64,000 bases of DNA from an uncultured Porphyromonas sp. GTDB taxonomy: Bacteria > Bacteroidota > Bacteroidia > Bacteroidales > Porphyromonadaceae. Under the pieces are notes generated by a model. The model had not been told where the DNA came from and did not search any database. It was given only the letters and a program-made list of their open reading frames with translations. Made by a program: the position numbers and the translations under genes. The stretch is from assembly GCF_900538385.1 (NCBI RefSeq), contig NZ_UWSO01000004.1; one strand, 5' to 3'. Positions 1 to 8,672 of the stretch are shown one piece after another (the stretch's first letter is position 1; every line of letters starts with the position of its first letter).

Positions 1-509
1 GTGCCTTCTACGAGAATTTTAAGGTCGACGCGCTCACCGTGGCGCCCTACATGGGGAGCGACAGTGTGCTACCTTTTCTAGAGTATAGCGACAAGTGGGT
101 GATCCTACTCGCCTTGACGAGCAATCAGGGTGCGCAGGACTTTCAGATGCTCCATACGGGCGAGGAGACTTGTCTCTTCGAGCAGGTACTCAAGACGGCT
201 CTGAGCTGGGAGGGTGCGGACCATATCATGTTTGTCGTGGGTGCTACGCAGAGCAATCTGATGGAGCGTGTACGGGCAGTAGCGCCTAATGCGTTCCTCC
301 TTGTGCCTGGTGTAGGTGCTCAGGGCGGTAGCCTAGAGGAAGTCGCAGAGCATGCGATGACGAACGACTGCGGTCTGATCGTCAATAGTTCGCGAGGAAT
401 CATCTATGCAGGCAATGATGAGCGCTTTGCCTCAGCCTCAGCGCAAGCAGCCTCCGACCTAGCACGACAGATGGAGCAGACACTCATAGACAAGGGTATC
501 ATAGACTAA
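1..509 (+). CDS. pyrF: orotidine-5'-phosphate decarboxylase, C-terminal part (5' end lies outside the window; reading frame enters at position 3)
   Basis: The frame is open from position 3 (AFYENFKVDALTVAPYMG...). The 'LVPGVGAQGG' phosphate-binding motif is typical of PyrF. The ORF track shows only the 39..509 portion. Confidence 0.7.
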   Translation, partial: AFYENFKVDALTVAPYMGSDSVLPFLEYSDKWVILLALTSNQGAQDFQMLHTGEETCLFEQVLKTALSWEGADHIMFVVGATQSNLMERVRAVAPNAFLLVPGVGAQGGSLEEVAEHAMTNDCGLIVNSSRGIIYAGNDERFASASAQAASDLARQMEQTLIDKGIID

Positions 510-521
510 TATATAAGGTAG

Positions 522-1550
522 ATGTACACAGTTGCAGACATTGCTAAGCTCATCGGGGGTGCCCTAGAGGGCGATGGCACAGCTCAGCTACAGGGCTTTG
601 CAGGCATTGAGCAGGCGAAGGCGGGGGACTTGAGCTTCCTAGCCAATATGAAGTATGAGCCTTACCTCTACACGACGCACGCCTCGGCGGTACTTGTAGA
701 CGAGCGATTTGTCCCCACGCAGCCCTGCTCTACGACTTTGATCCGTGTGGCCAACCCTTACGAGACGCTCTCACAGCTGATGCGACTCTACGTTTCTCAG
801 CAGGAACCTCACTGGACGGGCGTCCACCCGACGGCTATCGTGGATCCTTCGGTAGAGATCCCCAAAGAGTGCATCATCGGTCCGTACGTTTGCATCGAAG
901 CAGATGTCAAGCTGGGCGAGCAGGTTATCATCTCGGCACATTGCGTCATCGGTGCCAACTGCACGATCGGAGACCACACGACACTACACCCACGGGTCAC
1001 GCTCTACTCGGATAGCATCATCGGGCATCACTGCCGCATTCATGCAGGCACGGTGATTGGTGCCGACGGCTTTGGCTTTGCCCCTACGGAGCATGGCTAT
1101 GACAAAATTCCTCAGATAGGACATGTGGAGATAGGCGACCATGTGGAGATCGGGGCTAACAGTTGCGTCGATCGCGCTACGATGGGTGTGACGCGCATAG
1201 CTTCGGGTGTCAAGATCGACAACCTCGTACAGATAGCGCACAACTGCACCGTCGATGAACACACGGTCATCGCAGCTCAAGCTGGACTAGCTGGCTCAGC
1301 ACACATCAAGGAATGGTGCCAGCTGGGCGGTCAAGTGGGCATCGCTGGTCACCTCACCGTAGGCGACCACTCACAGCTCGGCGGTCAGACAGGCGTCCTG
1401 GGCAATCTCCAGCCACACAGTGTCGTGATGGGTACTCCCGCCATGCCTGTGGGCAAGGCGCTCCGTGCCTTCGCAACGCTTCCTAAGCTTCCTGAGCTGA
1501 TGCGCCGTGTAGACAAGCTCGAAGAGCAGACCTCATCGGCAACCAAATAG
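522..1550 (+). CDS. lpxD: UDP-3-O-acylglucosamine N-acyltransferase
   Basis: 342 aa with long left-handed beta-helix hexapeptide repeats (IGxxxxIGxxxxIG...). It sits directly upstream of lpxC-fabZ and lpxA, the canonical lipid A cluster order. Confidence 0.9.
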   Translation: MYTVADIAKLIGGALEGDGTAQLQGFAGIEQAKAGDLSFLANMKYEPYLYTTHASAVLVDERFVPTQPCSTTLIRVANPYETLSQLMRLYVSQQEPHWTGVHPTAIVDPSVEIPKECIIGPYVCIEADVKLGEQVIISAHCVIGANCTIGDHTTLHPRVTLYSDSIIGHHCRIHAGTVIGADGFGFAPTEHGYDKIPQIGHVEIGDHVEIGANSCVDRATMGVTRIASGVKIDNLVQIAHNCTVDEHTVIAAQAGLAGSAHIKEWCQLGGQVGIAGHLTVGDHSQLGGQTGVLGNLQPHSVVMGTPAMPVGKALRAFATLPKLPELMRRVDKLEEQTSSATK

Positions 1551-1581
1551 ACACATTTGTAAAAGCAGACACACTCACGTT

Positions 1582-2964
1582 ATGAATCAGTACACACTCG
1601 CTACGACACTCACTTTCCAAGGGGTAGGACTTCACACGGGAGCCAACCGCACCTTGACCCTCTCTCCTGCCGAGCCCCATAGTGGTTACCAGATCTGTCG
1701 CTCCGACCTTGAGGGCAGCCCCGTGATCCCCGCTTATGCGGATTATGTCACGACGACGCAGCGTGCTACTCGTATAGAGCGTGGCGCTGTCCAGGTCTCT
1801 ACGCTCGAGCACTGTCTCAGTGCGCTCTACGCACTCGGAGTGGACAACTGTCTTATCACGGTCGATGGCGACGAAGCGCCTATACTAGATGGCTCTGCAC
1901 AGCCTTATGTGCAGGCGATCCAAGAGGCTGGGCTTAAGGAGCAGTCTGCTGCTCGTGAGGTCTTTGTCGTGCGTAAGCCTATTGAGGTGAAAGATGAGGA
2001 GACGGGAGCTTCCATTCTCCTTCTTCCATCTGATCAGCTCGGTGTAGAGGCGCACCTAAGCTTTGCCTCCCCGCTGCTGAGCAACCAATACGCTTCGCTA
2101 CGCGACCTGAGTCGTTACGGCGAGGAGATAGCAGAGGCTCGTTCTTTCGTCTTCGTACGAGAGATACTTCCGCTCCTCAGCCAGGGACTGATCAAGGGCG
2201 GAGACCTAGCCAACGCGATGGTGATCAACGATGAGCCGCTCTCTGAGAGCGACGCCAAGGCGCTGGCAGAGGCTCTGCATCGTCCTGTCGCTGAAGTGAG
2301 TCAGCTCGGCGTGATCAACCCGAAGGAGGGAATATCGAACGAGCCCGCACGCCACAAGATTCTAGACATTCTAGGCGATCTAGCCCTAGCAGGTATCTTC
2401 GTGCAGGGACATATCATAGCGACCAAGCCTGGGCATAAGATCAATAACAAGCTGGCACGAGCCATTCGCAAGGAGATCAAGGGAATGGAGACACAGCCCC
2501 CCGTTTATGATCCCAATGCAACACCCGTACTCGACCTTAACCAGATCAAAGGGCTCCTACCGCACCGCTATCCCTTCCTTCTGGTGGACAAGGTGATCCA
2601 CCTAGACAAGGATCATATCGTGGGGGTTAAGAACGTGAGCTTCAACGAGACTTTCTTCCTCGGTCACTTCCCCACAGAGCCGGTCATGCCGGGCGTGCTC
2701 ATCGTCGAGGCGATGGCGCAGACGGCTGGTCTACTCGTGCTCAGTGGCATCGAGGATCCTGAGCGCTACTCGACCTACTTCCTGACGATCAACAATGTGA
2801 AGTTCAGAAACAAGGTGGTGCCAGGCGATACGCTTCTTTTTAAGGTGATGCTCACCAGTGAGGTGCGTCGAGGCTTGGCAAGTGTCAGGGGACTTACCTT
2901 CGTGGGCGACCAACTCGTTTGCGAAGCAGACTTCATGGCGCAGATAGTAAAGAATAAGGAGTAA
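1582..2964 (+). CDS. lpxC-fabZ: bifunctional UDP-3-O-acyl-GlcNAc deacetylase / 3-hydroxyacyl-ACP dehydratase
   Basis: 460 aa. The N-terminal LpxC fold is followed by a C-terminal hotdog FabZ domain ([14 protein letters not shown]...HFP). This fusion is typical of Bacteroidetes. Confidence 0.9.
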   Translation: MNQYTLATTLTFQGVGLHTGANRTLTLSPAEPHSGYQICRSDLEGSPVIPAYADYVTTTQRATRIERGAVQVSTLEHCLSALYALGVDNCLITVDGDEAPILDGSAQPYVQAIQEAGLKEQSAAREVFVVRKPIEVKDEETGASILLLPSDQLGVEAHLSFASPLLSNQYASLRDLSRYGEEIAEARSFVFVREILPLLSQGLIKGGDLANAMVINDEPLSESDAKALAEALHRPVAEVSQLGVINPKEGISNEPARHKILDILGDLALAGIFVQGHIIATKPGHKINNKLARAIRKEIKGMETQPPVYDPNATPVLDLNQIKGLLPHRYPFLLVDKVIHLDKDHIVGVKNVSFNETFFLGHFPTEPVMPGVLIVEAMAQTAGLLVLSGIEDPERYSTYFLTINNVKFRNKVVPGDTLLFKVMLTSEVRRGLASVRGLTFVGDQLVCEADFMAQIVKNKE

Positions 2965-2981
2965 ACAATCATATCCACTAT

Positions 2982-3773
2982 ATGGCTCAAACGCATATAT
3001 CTCCTCTCGCTCAGGTGCATCCTGAAGCACAGATAGGAGCTGAGGTGACGATCGGACCCTTTGTCACCATCGAGGCCAACACGGTCATCGGAGATCGTTG
3101 TGTCTTAGACCAAGGCTGCATGATACGCAGCGGAGCACGCATCGGTAGCGACTGTCACATACATCCCTACGCCGTCATCGCAGGGATCCCGCAAGACCTT
3201 AAGTTCAAAGGTGAGGAGACCACAGCCGTCATCGGTGACCACACAACCATCCGAGAGTACGCCACTGTCAATCGTGGTACCGCTTCGCGTGGCACTACAG
3301 TCATCGGCAGTAACTGTCTCATCATGGCTTACTCACACGTAGCGCATGACTGCATCCTCAAGGATCACATCATCCTAGGTAATGCGACCCAGCTCGCTGG
3401 GGAGGTCGAGATAGACGACTACGCCATCCTCAGTGGCGCTGTGCTGGTACATCAGTTCGTACGTATCTCACAGCACGTGATGATACAGGGAGGCTCTAAG
3501 GTGACCAAAGACATACCACCCTACTGTCTCGTGGGGCGCGATCCGATCGTTTACTGCGGCATCAACATCGTGGGACTACGTCGCAGAGGCTTCACCAATG
3601 AGCAGATCTTCCTCATAAACGATGTCTACCGCACACTTTACCAAGGGGGGCTCAACAACAGCGAGGCACTCGTAGAGATACAGAGTCGCTATCCGCAATG
3701 CTACGAGCGAGACCTCATCTACAACTTCATTAGCGACAGCAAGCGCGGCATCGTACGGGGATCTATGGATTAA
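2982..3773 (+). CDS. lpxA: acyl-ACP--UDP-N-acetylglucosamine O-acyltransferase
   Basis: 263 aa of hexapeptide-repeat protein beginning 'IHPLAQVHPEAQIGAEVTIGPFV', followed by the C-terminal helical domain. Confidence 0.9.
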   Translation: MAQTHISPLAQVHPEAQIGAEVTIGPFVTIEANTVIGDRCVLDQGCMIRSGARIGSDCHIHPYAVIAGIPQDLKFKGEETTAVIGDHTTIREYATVNRGTASRGTTVIGSNCLIMAYSHVAHDCILKDHIILGNATQLAGEVEIDDYAILSGAVLVHQFVRISQHVMIQGGSKVTKDIPPYCLVGRDPIVYCGINIVGLRRRGFTNEQIFLINDVYRTLYQGGLNNSEALVEIQSRYPQCYERDLIYNFISDSKRGIVRGSMD

Positions 3774-3840
3774 CTCTAGACAAAAGCCCCGAGACCGTAG
3801 CTAAGTCGCAACCAACCAACTAAACATACCAGCTGAAACA

Positions 3841-5373
3841 ATGAAAAAGATACTCATCGGACGCCAATGGGGCACCACGGATAGTTATATCCTCGAGCGT
3901 GATCACATCTCCATCCACGACCTTGTGGAGCGTGTCGCTCAGCGCTTTGTAGCAGAGCTCAGGAGTATCTCAGACCTGCCACAGGGCATCGTCTACGTCT
4001 TCGCAGGTCCTGGCAATAACGGAGCAGATGGACTAGCCATCGCACGGCGCTTACTGCAGGACGGACACCGAGTGCACTGCTACCTCTTTTGCAAGCAAGA
4101 GGAAGAGCTCTCGGAGGCTTGCGCCTGGCAGCAGACGAAGCTCCAGGAGTTTCACGCAGACGCTTTGACCATTGTTGCAGACGAGTTTCAGCCCCCGCTT
4201 CTGACCGCTCAGACTCTCGTCATCGATGCGCTCTTTGGCACGGGACTATCGCGTCCTCTAGAGGGAGGCTTTGCCGTGCTGGTAGATCAATTGATCAACG
4301 CTTCGCCAGCCACCGTCATCGCTGTGGACATTCCCTCGGGACTCTATGACAAGGACAATAGCGAGAACAACCTGCAGGCGATCATCAAGGCGGACTACAC
4401 CCTCACCTGCGAGAGCCCCAAGATAGCCCTCCTCCTATCAGACAATGAGTGCTACACGGGCACGTTACGCATCCTCTCGCTCAGTCTTAATATGGATGAC
4501 GACCCCGCCATCCAAGCCGACTACTATCTCTACACCCCTCTGGATGCCCACAAAGCCTTGAAGCCCCTCTCACACTTTGCGCACAAAGGGACGCAAGGGC
4601 ATGCGCTCCTCATCGCAGGCTCTGAAGCGATGGCAGGTGCGGCTATGCTTGCTGGAATGGGCGCTATGCGCTCGGGACTAGGCAAGCTCACGATGCATAT
4701 ACCCAGTTCACTGACTCCGTTAGCGAATACACTCCTCCCAGAGGCACTCGTCGAGAAGGACAAAGAGGAGACCATCGTCGGTAGCCTTCCTAAGGAGCTG
4801 CACAACTACCAGGCTATTGCTATGGGACCTGGCATTGGCTCAGCACCGCTCACGCTACATCTCTTGGAGCATTTGCTGCAAAACATCCAGCCTACCACCC
4901 CGCTACTACTCGATGCCGATGCGTTGAACCTCTTGGCACTCCACCCCGAGCTGCTGAGCGTTCTGCCCAAGGACACCATCCTCACACCGCATCCAGGCGA
5001 GCTAGACCGTATCATAGGCAATGCGCTTGATGACCACCACCGCCTGACCAAAGCACAGGAACTAGCTATGGATCAGGAGCTCATCGTCGTACTCAAGGGG
5101 GCTAACACTGCCACTTGCCTACCCACTGGCGAGGTTATCTTCAACAGCTCAGGCACACCAGCCCTTGCCACCGCAGGCAGCGGAGATGTGCTCACAGGCA
5201 TCATCCTCTCGCTCTTGGCACAAGGCTACACACCCGCTGAGGCGGCTCCTCTGGGCGTTTACACTCATGGACTGACAGCCAATCATTATGGTGAGCGACA
5301 CTCGCCACGCGGTATGATAGCCCGCGATATAGCAGAGATGCTGCCCACTGTCCTCAAGATGGTCGAGCAGTAA
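3841..5373 (+). CDS. nnr: bifunctional NAD(P)H-hydrate epimerase/dehydratase
   Basis: 510 aa. The N-terminal YjeF_N domain carries the 'GPGNNGADGL' motif. The C-terminal carbohydrate-kinase-like domain has 'GAAMLAG...GSGDVL' motifs. Confidence 0.8.
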   Translation: MKKILIGRQWGTTDSYILERDHISIHDLVERVAQRFVAELRSISDLPQGIVYVFAGPGNNGADGLAIARRLLQDGHRVHCYLFCKQEEELSEACAWQQTKLQEFHADALTIVADEFQPPLLTAQTLVIDALFGTGLSRPLEGGFAVLVDQLINASPATVIAVDIPSGLYDKDNSENNLQAIIKADYTLTCESPKIALLLSDNECYTGTLRILSLSLNMDDDPAIQADYYLYTPLDAHKALKPLSHFAHKGTQGHALLIAGSEAMAGAAMLAGMGAMRSGLGKLTMHIPSSLTPLANTLLPEALVEKDKEETIVGSLPKELHNYQAIAMGPGIGSAPLTLHLLEHLLQNIQPTTPLLLDADALNLLALHPELLSVLPKDTILTPHPGELDRIIGNALDDHHRLTKAQELAMDQELIVVLKGANTATCLPTGEVIFNSSGTPALATAGSGDVLTGIILSLLAQGYTPAEAAPLGVYTHGLTANHYGERHSPRGMIARDIAEMLPTVLKMVEQ

Positions 5374-5403
5374 CCCCGTATAGATATCTAGTACTGCACA
5401 GTT

Positions 5404-6099
5404 ATGAAGCATCTTCGGCACCAATGCCTCTTACTGCTCACAGCACTCCTCTGCTTGCTCGTGAGCCTGCCTAGTTGCTCCAAGCGCAAGACTGCAGAAG
5501 AGCTGCTACAAGAGGCGATCGTACAACAGTATCAGAGCGTTGGCAAGCTACTCCTTACGGAGACCACGCTCCAGAAGGCGGTCACCCTGCAGGATCCCAA
5601 GATTACTTTTTACGATATCGATAGCTTCAAGGACTTCGCCACATGGCTGGGTAACCAAACGAAGATAGGCAATCGTGTCGGCATTTACTCCTTTGATGCG
5701 ACACTGGTAAGCTATACCGACTTAACCAGCTTCTCCGCAGATGATGTAACCTACGACACCGACCAGCAGCAGCTCACCGTCTACATATCTCCCATACAGG
5801 TAGAGCTGCGAGGGCGAGACTTCACGCTAAGTACTGAGTACGAGTATGTAGCGCCTCTCCGAGAGGCTATCACCCCGCAAGATCGTGCCCGTGTCAAGGA
5901 GAGAGCCTACCAAGTACTCCAGCAGGAGATTGCCTCCAATGATCAGCTCATCGCTCAGATACGACAGCGCTCTATCGAGAAGCTACGCCGATGGCTCACG
6001 CAACTCCTCCTCTCCTACGAGTTGCCACCTACGGTCGTCATTGTAGAGCGCGGCTCAGCACTGGCACAGCCCAGCACTCATTCCACCTCACCTCAGTAG
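5404..6099 (+). CDS. hypothetical lipoprotein
   Basis: Lipoprotein signal 'LLCLLVSLPSC'. No recognisable catalytic motif. Co-directional and tightly spaced with nnr and the following ORF. Confidence 0.5.
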   Translation: MKHLRHQCLLLLTALLCLLVSLPSCSKRKTAEELLQEAIVQQYQSVGKLLLTETTLQKAVTLQDPKITFYDIDSFKDFATWLGNQTKIGNRVGIYSFDATLVSYTDLTSFSADDVTYDTDQQQLTVYISPIQVELRGRDFTLSTEYEYVAPLREAITPQDRARVKERAYQVLQQEIASNDQLIAQIRQRSIEKLRRWLTQLLLSYELPPTVVIVERGSALAQPSTHSTSPQ

Positions 6100-6111
6100 C
6101 ACTACAATCCT

Positions 6112-6738
6112 ATGAGCAAATGGCTTAAGCGCATCCTCTACATACTCTTAGCGATACTGCTTTTAGTCGGTATCGTCCTCCTATGGCGTAGCTGCTCCAA
6201 GAGCCAGAGCGAGGACTACAGCGACGTCGTCACGCACGCTATGACCGTCCGCTCGATCGAGGAGATACTCAAGCTCTCTACAGGCGAATGCTATCAAGAG
6301 ATCCCCATGGTCGATACCATCGATGGCATGGTGCTAGCGTACGTCATACAGGCTCGCACCTACATAGACTTCGACATAGACCAGCTCCCCACCCAGTTGC
6401 AGGGTGACACGCTCTATGTACAGCTTCCCCCCGAAGAAGTCACTCCACACGAGATTGGATACAATGTGATCGATGTACATCCGCTACGTCAAGGCTTCAC
6501 GACTAGGACACTCACCTCAGAGCAAGAGAATAGAGCCAAGCGACGCATCCCGCAGAGACTGATCGATGAAGTCTACCGCTCAGGCTACATCCGTAATGCA
6601 CGACAACAGGCCCGCGAAGAGTTGGCACGCTTTCTCTCCATCGCTCACCCTACGGTCATCGTCGTAGACCGTTATCCCGATGGGGTACGAGGCGCCTTCT
6701 TTGCCGATACCGTCTACATAGACCACCGCACACTGTAA
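6112..6738 (+). CDS. hypothetical protein with an N-terminal membrane anchor
   Basis: Hydrophobic N-terminal segment 'ILYILLAILLLVGIVLLW'. No recognisable domain. Followed by a hairpin terminator. Confidence 0.5.
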   Translation: MSKWLKRILYILLAILLLVGIVLLWRSCSKSQSEDYSDVVTHAMTVRSIEEILKLSTGECYQEIPMVDTIDGMVLAYVIQARTYIDFDIDQLPTQLQGDTLYVQLPPEEVTPHEIGYNVIDVHPLRQGFTTRTLTSEQENRAKRRIPQRLIDEVYRSGYIRNARQQAREELARFLSIAHPTVIVVDRYPDGVRGAFFADTVYIDHRTL

Positions 6739-6786
6739 AACAGGCTCTCTATGTAGCTCTTACACTACAAGCTGCAGGTCCTTCAA

Positions 6787-6980
6787 AATCTCCACCGAAG
6801 AAATCGCCAATTCTTCGGTGGAGATTTTTTATTTCCCACGGAGGAAAGAAAAAACTCTTCGGATATATCGTTTGATTCTTCCGAAGTTTCATTTGATTCT
6901 TCCGAAGAATTGTTTGATTCTTCCGAAGAAATAGAGCTTTTCCTCGGAGCTATTCGGAGGTTTCTTCCGAAGAAATCGAG
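6787..6980 (+). repeat. dispersed intergenic repeat, family A copy 1 (terminator-like hairpin plus a structured core with tandem 'tttgattcttccgaag' units)
   Basis: Hairpin 'atctccaccgaagaaatcgccaattcttcggtggagat' plus a T-run, then the core 'ggaggaaagaaaaaactcttcggatatatcgtttgattcttccgaagtttcatttgattcttccgaagaattgtttgattcttccgaag...gagctattcgg'. Close copies sit at 13775, 27671 and 53222. Confidence 0.75.
6788..6831 (+). terminator. rho-independent terminator (hairpin and T6) downstream of ORF 6112..6738; also the 5' module of the family A repeat
   Basis: The perfect inverted repeat atctccaccgaagaa / ttcttcggtggagat is followed by 'tttttt'. Confidence 0.5.
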
Positions 6981-7221
6981 AATTAGAGGTCACTCGTTTC
7001 AGCAAGCCACTCAACTTGCGAGAGCAAGGTTTCACCTTTATTGAACTGCTGTAAGGAAATAATAAGTATATTTGCCTAGCGGCAGTCACAGAAGAGGATT
7101 GTAGCGAATCTTCTCCCCAATAGGCTTCTTCGTAGATCCCATATAGGAGGAGCCAAGTTGCAATGTTCTCTTCTAGCTTCGCAAATCAACACTAACCTAT
7201 TTACTTATTGCATAATAACCT

Positions 7222-8616
7222 ATGAAGTATAGTTCGACTTTTGGCTTAGTCCTAATGCTTGCGGTGGCACTTGTCACACTGAGCGCTTGCGACGAGGAGC
7301 TGCGAGACCCCAAGGAGGGTCCTATCACTTTCTTAGTTGGCGGCAAGGCTCCCACAGCCGGTACGCCTATGCCTAAGACCCCCAACGTGTCTCATGCCTC
7401 CCTGCCCGCAGAGAGCATGCCTCTGGTAGAGGCTGGCAATGCCTTTAGCCTTAAGCTCTTTGGGGCTCTTCTGGAGAATCGGGCTTCCAGTGCTAACCTT
7501 GTGCTCTCACCGATCTCTATCGAGACAGCCCTTGGGATGAATGCAACAGGTCTGTCGGACGAAGCTTTTGATGAATACAGATCGGCTCTGAAGCTACCCG
7601 CTACACAGAGCATTGCCTCTGTAGCAAAGTATGTCCAGCAGCTCAACGCGGTGATGTGTAGTGCGGGTGAATACGCCTGCTACTTCCCATCTAATAGCTT
7701 TTGGGTCTCCTCAAAGTATCAAAGTCACTTGATCAAGTCCTATCCACGGCAACTCTTTGACTTCTTTGGTGCTCCGACAGCGACGCTCGACCTCAGCGAT
7801 CCAGCCTCTTACGAGGCGATCAATGCTTGGATCAGTCGCAAGACCTACGGCAAGATACCGCATATGCTAGATCCTAGTCATGCTGGGGAGCAAGATCCGC
7901 TTGCCTTTCTAGTTAATACCGCATTCTTTGCAGCTGCGTGGCAATGGAAGACGAACGAAGAGCGAACCCAGACGGGTAAGTTTACCAATGCCACTGGCGA
8001 GGAGGAGCCTGCTATGATGATGTCTATCCACAATGACACCTCCATCGACTACTTCGCCGATGATCGCTTTGAGGCGCTTTCGGTTGGTCTACAAGCTAGA
8101 GAAGAGTTGCAAGAGTATGGTGAGACACCGTTTCGTATGCTACTCATCTTACCGAAAGATCGTACGCTACCGCTCTCACAGAGTCTACCGACAACTGAAG
8201 AGCTACGCAAATTCACCACAGCTGGCAAGCGCTACGCACTAGATATACGACTGCCTCGCCTGAACGCTGGGATCCCCACGCTAGACTTGACGCCTGAGCT
8301 GATGGAGCTAGGACTATGCAAGACGCTGGGTGTACCTCTCACGGAGCTCAGCCGTATGTTTGACCCGAAGTTTCTAGCGCAGCAGATGAGCGAGCAGTCG
8401 GGTCGACAGAACCGCCTATACCACCAAGCGACACTCCAGTGGAATGAGAAGGGTGTCGAAGGAGCCGCTGCAACGGTTATAGGCCCCGTGATGCCTAGTG
8501 CTGGAGATCCGCTTGAGTCTCGTAGCATTGCTTTCGACAGACCATTCTTTGCAGCTATTGTACACCCCGAGACGGGCAAGATACTTTTCATCGCTGCCAT
8601 CAACACATTACGCTGA
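7222..8616 (+). CDS. serpin-family serine protease inhibitor, lipoprotein
   Basis: 464 aa with a lipoprotein signal (LSAC). The serpin hinge 'EKGVEGAAATVIG' sits ~40 aa upstream of the conserved C-terminal 'FDRPFFAAIVHPETGKILFIAAI' motif. Its size fits the serpin fold. Confidence 0.8.
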   Translation: MKYSSTFGLVLMLAVALVTLSACDEELRDPKEGPITFLVGGKAPTAGTPMPKTPNVSHASLPAESMPLVEAGNAFSLKLFGALLENRASSANLVLSPISIETALGMNATGLSDEAFDEYRSALKLPATQSIASVAKYVQQLNAVMCSAGEYACYFPSNSFWVSSKYQSHLIKSYPRQLFDFFGAPTATLDLSDPASYEAINAWISRKTYGKIPHMLDPSHAGEQDPLAFLVNTAFFAAAWQWKTNEERTQTGKFTNATGEEEPAMMMSIHNDTSIDYFADDRFEALSVGLQAREELQEYGETPFRMLLILPKDRTLPLSQSLPTTEELRKFTTAGKRYALDIRLPRLNAGIPTLDLTPELMELGLCKTLGVPLTELSRMFDPKFLAQQMSEQSGRQNRLYHQATLQWNEKGVEGAAATVIGPVMPSAGDPLESRSIAFDRPFFAAIVHPETGKILFIAAINTLR

Positions 8617-8672
8617 TAACGCGTGCTAAGCGAACATACACACTAAACAGTTTAACTATAAGTTTCCCCCCT

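Noticed and set aside
771-1280. Short minus-strand ORFs antisense to lpxD, and similar antisense ORFs inside nnr, secDF, dpp11 and the large surface genes
   Set aside because: They are embedded in strongly supported genes on the other strand. High GC content yields long spurious antisense frames, and none has a recognisable motif.
3655-3661. G7 tract inside lpxA and C6 tracts inside 6112..6738 and the giant pilus-associated gene, as phase-variation sites
   Set aside because: They are in-frame within essential or very large genes and are short. Only the promoter G11 and, weakly, the tracts at 8666 and 9604 seem plausible contingency sites.
6826-6980. Possibility that the tandem units of family A form a CRISPR array
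   Set aside because: The units are ~22 nt and directly abutting, with no unique spacers. The same array recurs at four loci and no cas genes are present.
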